From NCBI GenBank assembly GCA_964353855.1, contig CAYGWX010000003.1, positions 32,983 to 96,982 of the forward strand: a stretch of 64,000 bases of DNA, in the 5' to 3' direction. This DNA is from an uncultured bacterium (lineage in GTDB: Bacteria > Edwardsbacteria > CAYGWX01). The notes beneath the pieces are model-generated. The model was not told where the DNA came from. It saw only the letters and a list, made by a program, of their open reading frames with translations, and searched no databases. Shown here piece after piece: positions 1 to 10,606 of this stretch. Made by a program: the position numbers and the translations under genes. Every line of letters starts with the position of its first letter. Position 1 is the stretch's first letter.

Positions 1-75
1 CTGGGTCTTACCGACGGGCAATTTGCCATCGAGAGAGATTGAACAAATAGGAAACTTAGTCTCAAAAAAATCATT

Positions 76-104
76 AAAGGCGGGAAAACCCCGCCTTTTT
101 CTTT
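76..104 (+). terminator. Rho-independent terminator-like hairpin (aaaggcggg-aaaac-cccgccttt followed by a T-tract) downstream of a gene that ends before the window
   Basis: Perfect 9-bp GC-rich inverted repeat followed by tttttcttt. An A-tract upstream makes it potentially bidirectional. Confidence 0.45.
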
Positions 105-388
105 AACAACCTATCGATCCATGTTAACGGCCGACACACTCTAAACCGCTTGATTTTTTAGCGTCCGGTGTGTTAAAATATATTCATCTGAACCCGTCAT
201 GACAGGAAGAAAACCCAATCTCCTCCCTTGCCTGAAATGAACCATTTGAGATACAATTATCAATAGGAATGGAATTAAGGTGCGATTTTCGAACCTTATA
301 GAAAATCGCATTCTTTGCACTTAGAGAGTACTTTTGTTTTTTTAAAAGAAGTTTAACTAATCTTCATAACACCGAGGGAGGAATAGGG

Positions 389-1888
389 ATGGCAACTAAC
401 TTCAAGAACTTCATTGATGGGAAATGGGTGAATGCCAGGACAAATGAGACTTACGAGAACCGTAACCCAGCCAATGGCAACCTGTTGGGAATATTCCCGA
501 AATCAGGAAGACAGGACGTCTTGAAGGGTATTGAGGCCGCCCACAAAGCCTACCAACATTGGCGCCTCGTTCCTGCACCCAAGCGCGGTGAAATTCTCTA
601 CAAAGCGGGCCAGCTCCTGGTTGAGCGCAAAGAGGAAATCGCCCGAAAGATGACCATGGAGATGGGCAAGGTCATCAAGGAGGCCCGTGGGGATGTACAG
701 GAAGGGATCGATATGTCCTTCTTCGCTGGGGGAGAGGGACGGAGGATGCTTGGAGACACAACTCCCTCGGAGCTGCCTAACAAGTTCGCGATGTCCGTGA
801 GGATGCCGATTGGGATCATCGGGGTGATCACTCCCTGGAATTTCCCTCTGGCCATCCCGACCTGGAAAATTATGCCTGCCTTGGTAGCCGGGAATACCAT
901 CGTATGGAAACCGGCCCGTTGGACGCCTTGGATGGCCTACGAGCTGACCAAGGTTTTCGAGGAGGTTGGGCTTCCGGCCGGGGTCCTGAACCTGGTGTTC
1001 GGTTTCGGCGGCGCGGTTGGTGACCCCTTGGTTGAGGACAAACGAATTGGGATGATCTCTTTCACGGGTTCGACCGATGTCGGTACCAATTTGCAGTCCC
1101 GCTGTCCCAAGACCTATAAGCGGATCTCCTGCGAGATGGGTGGGAAGAACGCCATCATGGTGATGGACGACGCGGATCTGGACCTGGCCGTGGAGGGGAT
1201 CATTTGGTCAGCCTTCGGGACCACGGGCCAGCGCTGCACGGCCTGCTCGCGGCTCATCGCCCACAAGAAGATCGTCAGACCCCTAACGGAAAAGGTCGTG
1301 GCCAGGGCCAAGGCCTTGAGGCTCGGGGACGGTCTGGACCCCAAGACGGAGATGGGACCGGTGGTGAATTCCGATGCTCGGGAGAAGATTCACGAATACG
1401 TCCAGATCGGAAAGCGGGAAGGTGCCAAGATCCTGTGCGGGGGGTGCAAGCCCACGGAGAAGCCCCTGAACAAGGGATTTTTCTATGCCCCCACGGTGTT
1501 CGGAGAGGTTACTCCGAAGATGCGAATCGCTCAGGAAGAGATCTTCGGGCCGGTCCTTGGGATTATCGAATGCAATTCTCTGGAACAGGCCGTAAAGATC
1601 AACAATGAGACCGACTTTGGGTTGTCCTCGGCGATTTACACCCGGGACGTGAACAGAGCTTTCCATGCCATGCGGGACATCGACACCGGCCTCTGCTACA
1701 TCAATTCCGGGACGATCGGAGCCGAGGTGCATCTGCCCTTCGGCGGAACCCGCGGGACCGGCAACGGACACCGCGAGGCCGGCCAGGAGGCTCTGATGAC
1801 CTTCACGGAGTGGAAGAGCATCTTCGTTGATTTCTCAGGCAAGCTCCAGAAGGCTCAGATTGACGAGGTAAAAGTTTCCAAGAAATAA
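389..1888 (+). CDS. NAD(P)-dependent aldehyde dehydrogenase family protein
   Basis: 499 aa with ALDH family motifs (VTPWNFP, GTTGQRC catalytic Cys region, EMGGKN). GGGAGG RBS lies 8 nt upstream. Confidence 0.85.
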   Translation: MATNFKNFIDGKWVNARTNETYENRNPANGNLLGIFPKSGRQDVLKGIEAAHKAYQHWRLVPAPKRGEILYKAGQLLVERKEEIARKMTMEMGKVIKEARGDVQEGIDMSFFAGGEGRRMLGDTTPSELPNKFAMSVRMPIGIIGVITPWNFPLAIPTWKIMPALVAGNTIVWKPARWTPWMAYELTKVFEEVGLPAGVLNLVFGFGGAVGDPLVEDKRIGMISFTGSTDVGTNLQSRCPKTYKRISCEMGGKNAIMVMDDADLDLAVEGIIWSAFGTTGQRCTACSRLIAHKKIVRPLTEKVVARAKALRLGDGLDPKTEMGPVVNSDAREKIHEYVQIGKREGAKILCGGCKPTEKPLNKGFFYAPTVFGEVTPKMRIAQEEIFGPVLGIIECNSLEQAVKINNETDFGLSSAIYTRDVNRAFHAMRDIDTGLCYINSGTIGAEVHLPFGGTRGTGNGHREAGQEALMTFTEWKSIFVDFSGKLQKAQIDEVKVSKK

Positions 1889-1946
1889 AACCATTGGAGG
1901 CACTAAAATCGTTCGAGGAGTTGGAAACTTAACTGCAAAATAAACA

Positions 1947-3335
1947 GTGCTTCAAACGATTCCAATTCTCTTAATGAACCCTTTGGAGAAACGAATGCAG
2001 AGGAAGCGGGTCTTAATCATGGGGGCGGCCGGGAGGGATTTCCATGATTTCAACGTTTATTTCCGGAACAAACCGGAGTTCGAGGTGGTGTGCTTTACGG
2101 CCACGCAGATCCCTAACATCGACGGACGAAGATATCCTGCAGTCCTGGCCGGTAAGCTCTACCCCAAAGGAATCCCGATTTACCCTGAAAGTCAACTCAC
2201 TTCCCTAATCAAGGCCCAACGGATCGGGGCAGTCGTATTCTCCTATAGCGACGTATCTCACGAATACATTATGCACCGAGCTTCCCAGGTCTTGGCTGCA
2301 GGCGCCAATTTCGCACTTTTGTCCGGCGAGCAGACCATGATCAAGTCCAAGAAGCCGGTTGTGGCGATCTGCGCCGTGCGCACGGGAAGCGGAAAGAGCC
2401 AAACCACTCGGCGGGTCGCTGATATCCTCAGGGCGAATGGTTTGAAGGTGGTCGTGATCAGACATCCCATGCCGTACGGGGATCTTGTGAAGCAGAAGGT
2501 GCAGCGGTTCGCCGACTACGCAGATTTGGACCGTCAGGAGTGCACAATCGAGGAGCGCGAGGAATACGAGCCACACCTTATGCGGGGGATGGTGGTCTAT
2601 GCCGGGGTGGACTACGAGGCGATCCTCCGGAAGGCGGAGCGGGAAGCCGACGTGATCGTGTGGGACGGCGGGAACAACGACCTGCCGTTCTACCAACCGG
2701 ATCTCTTCATCGTGGTCGTGGACCCCCACCGTGCAGGCCACGAGCTTCTTTACCATCCCGGAGAGACCAACCTCAGGATGGCGGATGTGGTCGTCGTCAA
2801 CAAGGTTGACACGGCAGAGAAAAGGAAAGTTGCCGAGGTCAAGGCCAATATCCGGGCGGTGAACCCGAAAGCCGCGGTCGTCGAGGCCAGATCCCCGATC
2901 ACCTTAGAGGGCGAAAACCGGATCAAGGGAAAACGGGTCTTGGTCGTGGAGGACGGCCCCACAGTGACCCACGGGGAGATGCGCTATGGGGCCGGGATCG
3001 TGGCCGCCAAGAAATTTGGGGCCAGAAGGATTGTGGATCCCAGGCCTTATGTCCAGGGCACGATCAAAAAAACCTTTGAGAAGTATCCTCACATCGGCAC
3101 CCTACTTCCAGCCATGGGCTACGGAGAAAAGCAGGTCAAGGACTTGGAGAAGACCATCAATGCCGTGCCCTGCGATGTAGTCATCGTGGGAACTCCGGTC
3201 GACCTCCGGCGGATCATTCAAATTAACAAACCAGTTGTAAGAGTTACCTATGAGTTAGTAGAAATCACGAAACCAGGGCTCAAGCCATTTGTAGAAGCGT
3301 GCATAAAGCACAAGGGTCGTAAAAAGATATTGTAG
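1947..3335 (+). CDS. COG2403-type predicted GTPase, cyclic 2,3-diphosphoglycerate synthetase-like protein
   Basis: 462 aa. P-loop-like AVRTGSGKS and VVNKVD (NKxD-like) motifs. The similarity call to the cDPGS/COG2403 family is from memory of the family, not a search. Confidence 0.45.
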   Translation: MLQTIPILLMNPLEKRMQRKRVLIMGAAGRDFHDFNVYFRNKPEFEVVCFTATQIPNIDGRRYPAVLAGKLYPKGIPIYPESQLTSLIKAQRIGAVVFSYSDVSHEYIMHRASQVLAAGANFALLSGEQTMIKSKKPVVAICAVRTGSGKSQTTRRVADILRANGLKVVVIRHPMPYGDLVKQKVQRFADYADLDRQECTIEEREEYEPHLMRGMVVYAGVDYEAILRKAEREADVIVWDGGNNDLPFYQPDLFIVVVDPHRAGHELLYHPGETNLRMADVVVVNKVDTAEKRKVAEVKANIRAVNPKAAVVEARSPITLEGENRIKGKRVLVVEDGPTVTHGEMRYGAGIVAAKKFGARRIVDPRPYVQGTIKKTFEKYPHIGTLLPAMGYGEKQVKDLEKTINAVPCDVVIVGTPVDLRRIIQINKPVVRVTYELVEITKPGLKPFVEACIKHKGRKKIL

Positions 3336-3344
3336 TAAGATGAT

Positions 3345-4283
3345 ATGTCTAAAACCGCAGTGGTCGCCTTAGGGGGAAACGCCATCGGGACGACCGGGCG
3401 GGAGGACATCCACCAGCAATTCGCCAATACCCGCAAGAGCCTATCGGGAATCTTGGAGCTCGTCAAAGAAGGGTACCAGTTGGCCATAACTCATGGAAAT
3501 GGGCCCCAGGTTGGAAACGCCCTGTTGCGCGTCGAACGCACGATGGACACAATCCCGGCCCTTCCCCTCGGGGTGATCGTGGCCGACACTGAGGGCGGGA
3601 TGGGCTACATGATCGAGCAATCCCTTCAGAACAAGCTGCATCGCGAGGGCATCCCTCGCAAAGTGGTCACCATCGTGACCCAGGTGATCGTGGACCGGAA
3701 CGACCCTTCGATCCTGAACCCCACCAAGCCTATCGGACCTTTCTACACTAAGGAACAGGCCGAGCGCCTGGCAAAAAAAAACGAGTGGATCATTAAGGAA
3801 GATGCCGGCCGGGGATTTCGAAGGCTTGTGCCATCGCCGATCCCCACGGAGATTGTGGAAAAAGACATCATCAAGTCCCTGGTTCAATCCGGAACCATCG
3901 TTATTGCTGCCGGAGGAGGTGGGGCACCGGTCTATGTGGAAGAGGATGGGACCTACGAGGGTGTGGATGCGGTCGTGGACAAGGACCGAGCCTCGGCGGT
4001 TTTAGCCCAGGATATCGGAGCAGAGACCTTGGTCATCCTGACTTCCGTGGACAAGGTCTGCCTGAATTACATGAATTCCAATGAGCGCCCCCTTTCCTGG
4101 GTTTCCGTGACCGAGGCAAAGCGCTACATAGCCGAGGGTCACTTTCCCCAGGGCAGCATGGGTCCCAAGATAGGGGCTGCCATTCAATTCCTGGAAGCCG
4201 GAGGAAAACAGGTGATCATCACGTCTCCAGGATTAGTCAAAGAGGCCTTAGAAGGCAAGGCAGGAACAAAAATTATCCCTTAA
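3345..4283 (+). CDS. arcC: carbamate kinase
   Basis: 312 aa with ALGGNA, THGNGPQVG and SMGPKI motifs typical of carbamate kinase. Confidence 0.85.
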   Translation: MSKTAVVALGGNAIGTTGREDIHQQFANTRKSLSGILELVKEGYQLAITHGNGPQVGNALLRVERTMDTIPALPLGVIVADTEGGMGYMIEQSLQNKLHREGIPRKVVTIVTQVIVDRNDPSILNPTKPIGPFYTKEQAERLAKKNEWIIKEDAGRGFRRLVPSPIPTEIVEKDIIKSLVQSGTIVIAAGGGGAPVYVEEDGTYEGVDAVVDKDRASAVLAQDIGAETLVILTSVDKVCLNYMNSNERPLSWVSVTEAKRYIAEGHFPQGSMGPKIGAAIQFLEAGGKQVIITSPGLVKEALEGKAGTKIIP

Positions 4284-4310
4284 ACTCAGATACGCTATTA
4301 GGGAGACGAT

Positions 4311-5459
4311 GTGAAGATACATGAATATCAAGCGCGGGAGATCATGGCGCGCGCGGGGGTACCCTTCTCCCGGGGCAGGGTGGCCACAACGCCCGAGGAG
4401 GTCGAGGTCATGGCCAAGGAGTTCGGCGTGCCGGTCGTGGTCAAGGCCCAGGTCCATGCGGGAGGGAGAGGCAAAGCCGGAGGAGTGAAGATCGCCAAGT
4501 CTCCGGAGGAGGCCAAACAGGTCGCGTCCCAGATGTTGGGAATGAACCTGAAGGGCCTGATCGTGAAGAAGGTCCTGGTCTCGGAGTGCATCGACATTGC
4601 CTCCGAAGCCTACCTCGGAGTCATCGTAGACCGAAAGAGCAAGCGGCCGGTGATGATGGTCTCCGGGGCCGGAGGGGTGGAGATCGAGGAGGTGGCCAAG
4701 CAGACTCCGGAGAAGATTCACAAGCTGACCATCGACCCCCTGTTCGGGCTGCGTTCCTTTGAGGCCCGTGCCCTGACCTTTAAGTTGTACAGTGATGGAG
4801 CCATTGCGGCCAAGGCAACCAAGGTTCTGCAGCAGCTCTACCAGGCTTTTCTGTCTTGCGACGCCTCGCTGGCCGAAATCAATCCCTTCGTGACCACGCC
4901 CAAGGGGGAGGCTATCGCCCTGGACGCCAAGATCAACATCGACGACAACGCCCTCTCTCGTCGGCCGGATATCGAGGCCCTGCGGGACCTTGAGGAGGAG
5001 GTCCCGGCCGAGGTGAAGGCCCGAAAGAAAGACCTGACCTTCATCAGGCTGGAAGGGAACATCGGATGCGTGGTGAACGGAGCGGGGCTGGCCATGGCTA
5101 CGATGGACCTAGTGAAACTCTACGGCGGGGAGCCGGCAAACTTCCTGGATATCGGGGGGAGCTCCAATCCCGAGAAGGTCACCACGGCTATGGAGATCAT
5201 CCTGGAAGACCAAAATGTGAAGGCCATCCTCTTCAACATCTTCGGAGGGATCACTCGGTGTGACGATGTGGCCAACGGGCTCGTGGAATCCCTTTCCAAG
5301 AGGGAGGTCCGGGTGCCCATCGTGATCCGGCTGGCTGGCACCAACGAGGAGAAGGGTCGACAGATCCTAGCCAAGTCCAGACTTGTGTCCGCAGTCTCCA
5401 TGTCCGAGGCCGTGCAGAAGGCCGTCGCCTTAGCCCAGGGGGGGCGGGAGGCGAGATGA
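4311..5459 (+). CDS. sucC: succinyl-CoA synthetase (ADP-forming) beta subunit
   Basis: 382 aa with ATP-grasp N-terminus ([11 protein letters not shown]...). GTG start with RBS. Size fits SucC rather than AclB/CcsA. Confidence 0.8.
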   Translation: MKIHEYQAREIMARAGVPFSRGRVATTPEEVEVMAKEFGVPVVVKAQVHAGGRGKAGGVKIAKSPEEAKQVASQMLGMNLKGLIVKKVLVSECIDIASEAYLGVIVDRKSKRPVMMVSGAGGVEIEEVAKQTPEKIHKLTIDPLFGLRSFEARALTFKLYSDGAIAAKATKVLQQLYQAFLSCDASLAEINPFVTTPKGEAIALDAKINIDDNALSRRPDIEALRDLEEEVPAEVKARKKDLTFIRLEGNIGCVVNGAGLAMATMDLVKLYGGEPANFLDIGGSSNPEKVTTAMEIILEDQNVKAILFNIFGGITRCDDVANGLVESLSKREVRVPIVIRLAGTNEEKGRQILAKSRLVSAVSMSEAVQKAVALAQGGREAR

Positions 5460-6349
5460 GCATCTTCCTCGACAAGAAGACCCGGCTGGTGGTTCAGGGA
5501 ATTACGGGACGGGACGGGGCCTTTCACACCAAGCAGATGCTGGCCTACGGGACCAAGGTAGTGGCCGGGATGACTCCCGGAAAGAAGGGGGAGAGAGTAG
5601 AAGGCGTCCCCGTTTTTAACACCGTGCATGAGGCCGTGGAGGCTACGGGTGCCAACGCCTCGGTCATCTTCGTCCCAGCGGCGTTCTCAGCAGATGCCGT
5701 CATGGAGGCCGTGGAGGCCGGCGTGGACCTCGTCGTCTGCATCACCGAGGGCATTCCCACCTTGGACATGGTCAGGGTCTATGAATTCGTCAGGCAGAGC
5801 AAAGCCCGGCTCATCGGGCCGAACTGCCCGGGCCTCATCAGCCCCGGAAAATCCAAGGTAGGCATCCTGCCCGGGCAGATCTGCAAGCCCGGTCCGGTGG
5901 GCGTGGTTTCGCGCAGCGGTACCCTGACCTACGAGGTCATCTGGCAGCTGACCAGCGCGGGCTTCGGGCAGTCCACCTGCATCGGCATCGGGGGCGACCC
6001 CATCATCGGGACGAACTTCATCGATTGCCTGGAGGCCTTTAACCAGGACCCCCAGACCCGCGCCGTTGTGATGATCGGGGAGATCGGGGGAACAGACGAA
6101 GAGGAGGCGGCCGCCTTCATCAAAAGAAAGATGAAAAAACCGGTGGTCGGCTTCATCGCCGGGAGGACTGCGCCGCCCGGAAAGCGGATGGGCCACGCCG
6201 GGGCGATCATCTCCGGAGGCACCGGCACCGCGGAGGAGAAGATCGCCGCCCTGACCAACGCCGGGGTGCCCGTGGCCAGGGAGCCAGCCGAGATCCCAGG
6301 ACTTATCCGGGACGCCGGGAAGCCGAAACGAAAACCCCGTAAACGCTAA
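5456..6349 (+). CDS. sucD: succinyl-CoA synthetase alpha subunit
   Basis: 297 aa with a CoA-binding Rossmann fold and the phospho-His loop [10 protein letters not shown]. Translationally coupled to sucC (4-nt overlap). Confidence 0.85.
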   Translation: MSIFLDKKTRLVVQGITGRDGAFHTKQMLAYGTKVVAGMTPGKKGERVEGVPVFNTVHEAVEATGANASVIFVPAAFSADAVMEAVEAGVDLVVCITEGIPTLDMVRVYEFVRQSKARLIGPNCPGLISPGKSKVGILPGQICKPGPVGVVSRSGTLTYEVIWQLTSAGFGQSTCIGIGGDPIIGTNFIDCLEAFNQDPQTRAVVMIGEIGGTDEEEAAAFIKRKMKKPVVGFIAGRTAPPGKRMGHAGAIISGGTGTAEEKIAALTNAGVPVAREPAEIPGLIRDAGKPKRKPRKR

Positions 6350-6357
6350 ATCCTTCT

Positions 6358-6642
6358 ATGCCAAAACAAATGACGATCACCCAGGCCCTGGCGTTCATGG
6401 AAAAGGAATGGGCCACTTACCCTCATCCCATATACATCTTCGAGCCCTGGTGTAAGGGCTGCGATATCTGCGTGGCCCTCTGTCCGGAGGGGACCCTGGA
6501 GATGGGCCGGGACAAGATCGCCCATGTCGTCCGCCCAGAGACCTGCACCCACTGCAAACTCTGCGAGCTGCGCTGTCCGGACTTCTGCATCACGGTGTTC
6601 CCGAAGAAGAAAAAGGCCGATGCCCCGGAGAGCCCCTCATGA
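6358..6642 (+). CDS. korD: 2-oxoglutarate:ferredoxin oxidoreductase delta subunit (2x[4Fe-4S] ferredoxin)
   Basis: 94 aa with two CxxCxxCxxxCP motifs, directly upstream of korA. Confidence 0.75.
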   Translation: MPKQMTITQALAFMEKEWATYPHPIYIFEPWCKGCDICVALCPEGTLEMGRDKIAHVVRPETCTHCKLCELRCPDFCITVFPKKKKADAPESPS

Positions 6643-7796
6643 CCCAGAAACGTAAGAACAGGCTCCTCCAGGGGAACGAGGCCTCGGCCGAAGGGGCCTT
6701 GGCGGCCGGATGCCGGTTCTTCGCCGGCTATCCCATCACCCCATCCACAGAGATCGCTGAAATCCTCTCCGAGAGACTCCCCCAATTGGGAGGGAAGTTC
6801 ATCCAGATGGAGGACGAGATCGCTTCCATCGGGGCTGTAATCGGGGCCAGCGCTGCCGGCATCAAAGCCATGACCGCCACCTCCGGGCCGGGCTTTTCCC
6901 TGATGCAGGAGAACATCGGGTATGCCTCCATGGGAGAGGTCCCCTGTGTTATCGTGAACGTTCAGCGGGGCGGTCCTTCCACGGGCCTTCCAACCAAAGC
7001 CCACCAGGGAGACATGATGCAGGCCCGCTGGGGCACGCACGGGGATCATTCAGTGATCGCCCTCTGTCCCTCCTCGGTCCGGGAGTGCTACGAACTGACC
7101 GTGGAAGCCTTCAATCTATCCGAGCAGTACCGTCTACCGGTGATCGTGCTTCTGGATGAGATCGTAGGCCACATGCGCGAAAAAGTCGAGATCCCGGATT
7201 TCTCGGAGATCGTGCTCTACCAGCGCCGCAAACCCAACTGTCCTCCGGAAGAGTACGAACACTACGGCCCGGGAACGAACTTCCTCGCTCCCTTTGCCAG
7301 CTTCGGAGAGGGATATCGTTTCGTCGTGGAAAGCCTGACCCATGACGAGAAGGGCTATGCCACCAACCGACCCGACGAGATCGCCGCGAATATGCAGCGG
7401 CTGAAGGATAAAATCGAGCTGAACCGTGAGAAACTAATCAAGGTTCACGAGGAGGAGTGCGCCGGGGCGGGGATCGTGGTCTTCGCCTACGGCTCCACTG
7501 CACGCTCCGCCCTCCAAGCTGTCCGAGATGCTCGGAGGGAGGGAATCCGGGTGGGGTTCTTCCGCCCCCTCATCATTTGGCCGTTCCCCGAAGAACCCAT
7601 GAAAAAAGCCCTGCACGACGCCCAGGTGGTGATCGTTCCGGAGCTGAACCAGGGCCAGATGCGCCGGGAGGTGGAGCGCCTTAACCCGGGACGGGTCAAG
7701 GTCGTCGGGGTCGAGCAGGTTGACGGGGAGATGATGGTTCCCCGGAGGGTCCTGGACGAGATCCGAGCCGCTAACCGGGACCTCTTCAAAGGATAA
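6639..7796 (+). CDS. korA: 2-oxoacid:ferredoxin oxidoreductase alpha subunit
   Basis: 385 aa with the pyruvate flavodoxin/ferredoxin oxidoreductase N-domain (GNEAxAxGALAAGCRFFAGYPITPSTEI). Confidence 0.85.
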   Translation: MTQKRKNRLLQGNEASAEGALAAGCRFFAGYPITPSTEIAEILSERLPQLGGKFIQMEDEIASIGAVIGASAAGIKAMTATSGPGFSLMQENIGYASMGEVPCVIVNVQRGGPSTGLPTKAHQGDMMQARWGTHGDHSVIALCPSSVRECYELTVEAFNLSEQYRLPVIVLLDEIVGHMREKVEIPDFSEIVLYQRRKPNCPPEEYEHYGPGTNFLAPFASFGEGYRFVVESLTHDEKGYATNRPDEIAANMQRLKDKIELNREKLIKVHEEECAGAGIVVFAYGSTARSALQAVRDARREGIRVGFFRPLIIWPFPEEPMKKALHDAQVVIVPELNQGQMRREVERLNPGRVKVVGVEQVDGEMMVPRRVLDEIRAANRDLFKG

Positions 7797-7799
7797 GCC

Positions 7800-8681
7800 A
7801 TGGGCATAATCCAAACCAAGCCATTCCACCCCGTCGTTTACGACTACCTGAGGAAGAACAAGATATTTCCATCGGTCTGGTGCGAAGGGTGTTCCATCGG
7901 GATCATCTTCGCGGCCCTGATCCGCGCGATCGACCGGCTTAAAATCCCCAAAGACGACATCGTGATGGTCTCCGGCATCGGCTGTTCCTCCCGGGCTCCG
8001 ATCTACGCTGATTTCTGCGCCATGCACACGACCCACGGCCGGGCACTCACCTTCGCCACCGGGATCAAGCTTGCCAAGCCCCATTTGCACCCTATCGTGA
8101 TGACCGGGGACGGAGATTGTCTGGCCATCGGCGGGAACCACTTCATCCACGCCGCCCGGCGGAACATCGATATGACGGTGATCATGGTCAACAACAACAT
8201 ATACGGGATGACCGGGGGTCAATACTCCCCGACCACCCCCGCAAACAAGTTCAGCGCCACCTCGCCCTACGGAAGCGTGGAGCATCCCTTCGATCCCTGC
8301 GAACTGGCCAAGGGTTGCGGGGCGAGTTTCGTAGCCCGGGGAACTTCTTATGCAGCCACCGAGTTGGACAAGCTGATCGGCCAGGGCCTCAAGAAAAAAG
8401 GCTTCGCCTTCGTGGAGGTGGTCAGCCACTGCCACACTCTTTACGGCCGGTTCAATAAGATGCCTTCAGCCGTGGAGATGCTCAAGTGGGAACGGGACCA
8501 CGCCGTGAACCTGGCCCAAGCCTCCAAGCTCTCTCCGGAGGAGATGAAGGACAAGTTTGTTACCGGCGTCCTTCAGGACCGAGATATCCCGGAATACACC
8601 GAAGTCTACGACCAGGTCATCGACCGGGCTAAACAGCGGTACGCCGAAGATCATGCTTCAGCAGCCGACAGAGTGGAGTGA
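7800..8681 (+). CDS. korB: 2-oxoacid:ferredoxin oxidoreductase beta subunit (TPP-binding)
   Basis: 293 aa with GIGCSSR and GDGD TPP-binding motifs. Confidence 0.85.
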   Translation: MGIIQTKPFHPVVYDYLRKNKIFPSVWCEGCSIGIIFAALIRAIDRLKIPKDDIVMVSGIGCSSRAPIYADFCAMHTTHGRALTFATGIKLAKPHLHPIVMTGDGDCLAIGGNHFIHAARRNIDMTVIMVNNNIYGMTGGQYSPTTPANKFSATSPYGSVEHPFDPCELAKGCGASFVARGTSYAATELDKLIGQGLKKKGFAFVEVVSHCHTLYGRFNKMPSAVEMLKWERDHAVNLAQASKLSPEEMKDKFVTGVLQDRDIPEYTEVYDQVIDRAKQRYAEDHASAADRVE

Positions 8682-9235
8682 CCATGGCTGAGCGATACGA
8701 GATGCGGTTTTCCGGCACCGGAGGTCAGGGGCTTCTTATGGCCGGGATCCTGATCGCCGAAGCTGCGATCCGGGACGGGGTGAACGCGATCCAGACCCAG
8801 AGCTACGGTCCGGAATCCCGTGGCGGGGCCTCCAAGTCCGAGGTGGTGCTCTCCCGTGAGGAGATCCTTTATCCCAAGGCCACGAAGATCGATTTCTGCC
8901 TGGCTGTGAGCCAGGAGGCCTACGACAAATATCACAAGGACCTCACGCCCAGCGGGATGCTCATCATCGATCCCTTCTACGTGCTCAAGACCGAACCCGG
9001 GGAGAAATTCATCGCCCTAACGTTCGCCCAGACGGCGAGTGAGAAGCTGGGCCGGGAGGTTGTGGCCAACGTCATCGCCTGCGGGGCCATCGCTGAGCTC
9101 ACCGGGAAAGTCACGCTCGCCTCCCTTGAGAAATCCTTGTACGGCCGGGTTCCCAAGGGGACCGAGGAGAAGAACAAACAGGCTTTAACGCTGGGTGTGG
9201 AATTGGCCAAAGCCTGGAGGGCAGCCCATGGTTGA
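8678..9235 (+). CDS. korC: 2-oxoacid:ferredoxin oxidoreductase gamma subunit
   Basis: 185 aa, POR gamma family (FSGTGGQGLLMAGILIAEAA). Confidence 0.8.
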   Translation: MTMAERYEMRFSGTGGQGLLMAGILIAEAAIRDGVNAIQTQSYGPESRGGASKSEVVLSREEILYPKATKIDFCLAVSQEAYDKYHKDLTPSGMLIIDPFYVLKTEPGEKFIALTFAQTASEKLGREVVANVIACGAIAELTGKVTLASLEKSLYGRVPKGTEEKNKQALTLGVELAKAWRAAHG

Positions 9236-9644
9236 ACAGACTCTCATGATCGTCAAGCCGGATGCCGTCAAGGCGAGCAAGACCGGAGAGGTTCTAAGGC
9301 GTATCGAGGGGGCGGGGTTCACGATCCGCGAGATGCGGATGGTCCGCCTGACGGAAGCAGAGGCTAGGCGGTTCTACGAGGTTCATCGCGAAAAGGCTTT
9401 CTATCAGCCCCTCGTGGAGTTCATGACCTCAGGGCCCTGTGTGCCAGTGCTCCTGGAACGGGAGAATGCCATTGCCGGGCTTCGGGAGTTCATCGGCAAG
9501 ACCAATCCCAAGGAAGCCGCTCCGGGGACTATCCGCTCTGATTTCGGAACGAATGTTCAGTACAACGCGGTGCACGCGTCGGATGGACCGGATACGGCAA
9601 AGCGTGAGAAAGCGTTTTTCTTCGATAGTCCCGCCGCGGATTGA
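9228..9644 (+). CDS. ndk: nucleoside diphosphate kinase
   Basis: NDK motifs (LMIVKPDAV, NAVHASD). Probable start at MVEQT, overlapping the korC stop. The track ORF begins earlier at 9195. Confidence 0.85.
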   Translation: MVEQTLMIVKPDAVKASKTGEVLRRIEGAGFTIREMRMVRLTEAEARRFYEVHREKAFYQPLVEFMTSGPCVPVLLERENAIAGLREFIGKTNPKEAAPGTIRSDFGTNVQYNAVHASDGPDTAKREKAFFFDSPAAD

Positions 9645-9742
9645 TTAACAAGACGGAATGTGGGGACATAAAATTGGTTAGTTTTTAAAAGGACCTCCCT
9701 GACGAGGCGGTCGGGGGATAGTTTCACTCTAACGGAGGGCGT

Positions 9743-10606
9743 GTGAACGAAATTCTAAAGGCACGGGAGCTGGCAACCGGGGTCAAGGAGTTTGTGGTTT
9801 CATCCCCGGTCATCGCCCGCAAGGCACTAGCGGGCCAGTTCATCGTGCTGCGTATCGACGAGTACGGAGAGCGGATCCCACTCACCATCGCGGAAACGGA
9901 TCTTGCAAAGGGCACGGTAACCATTGTCTTCCTGGAGGTGGGGAAGAGCACCCAACAGCTGGGTACGCTCAAGGAAGGCGATAAGCTGGCCGACTTCATC
10001 GGCCCCCTGGGCAAACCCACGCACATCGAAAACTACGGAACCGTGGTCGCGATCGGAGGGGGAGTCGGAATCCCGGCTGTGCTTCCCATCGCCCGTGCCC
10101 TGAAGGCGAGAGGGAACCGTGTCATCGGGATTACCGGGGCCCGGCGCAAGGATCTGCTCATCCTCGAAGATGCCATGCGAGGGGCTTGCCACGAGCTCTT
10201 GGTGACCACGGACGACGGCTCCTACGGCATGAAGGGCGTCGTCACGGAGGCTTTAAAGAGACTCATCGCAGAGGGTGCGAAGCTCGATTTGGTCGTAGCC
10301 GTTGGGCCAGCGATCATGATGAAGTTTGTTGCCCTGACCACCAAACCCTTCAACCTTAAAACCATCGTCTCGTTGAACTCCATCATGGTGGATGGAACCG
10401 GGATGTGCGGCGCCTGCCGTGTAACGGTGGGCAACAAGACCCGTTTCGTGTGCGTGGACGGGCCGGACTTCGACGGTCATGAGGTAAATTACGATGAATT
10501 GATGATGCGGCAGAAGATGTACCTGGCCCAGGAAAAGCAGTCTATGGCACGCTACGCGGAGAAGTGCGAGGCCTGCCGCCGCGAGGAGGCCATAACCCAT
10601 GCCTAA
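9743..10606 (+). CDS. nfnA: NfnA/SudB-like ferredoxin-NADP+ reductase small subunit (FAD/2Fe-2S, PyrK-like)
   Basis: 287 aa. PyrK-like FAD/NAD fold with C-terminal CGACRV...C cluster motif. GTG start. Paired with the GltD-like gene downstream. Confidence 0.7.
   Translation: MNEILKARELATGVKEFVVSSPVIARKALAGQFIVLRIDEYGERIPLTIAETDLAKGTVTIVFLEVGKSTQQLGTLKEGDKLADFIGPLGKPTHIENYGTVVAIGGGVGIPAVLPIARALKARGNRVIGITGARRKDLLILEDAMRGACHELLVTTDDGSYGMKGVVTEALKRLIAEGAKLDLVVAVGPAIMMKFVALTTKPFNLKTIVSLNSIMVDGTGMCGACRVTVGNKTRFVCVDGPDFDGHEVNYDELMMRQKMYLAQEKQSMARYAEKCEACRREEAITHA

Noticed and set aside
7434-8435. 333-aa minus-strand ORF overlapping korA/korB
   Set aside because: Antisense to two well-supported genes. 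Its composition is Gly/Arg/Pro/His-rich, typical of spurious reverse-frame ORFs in high-GC DNA.
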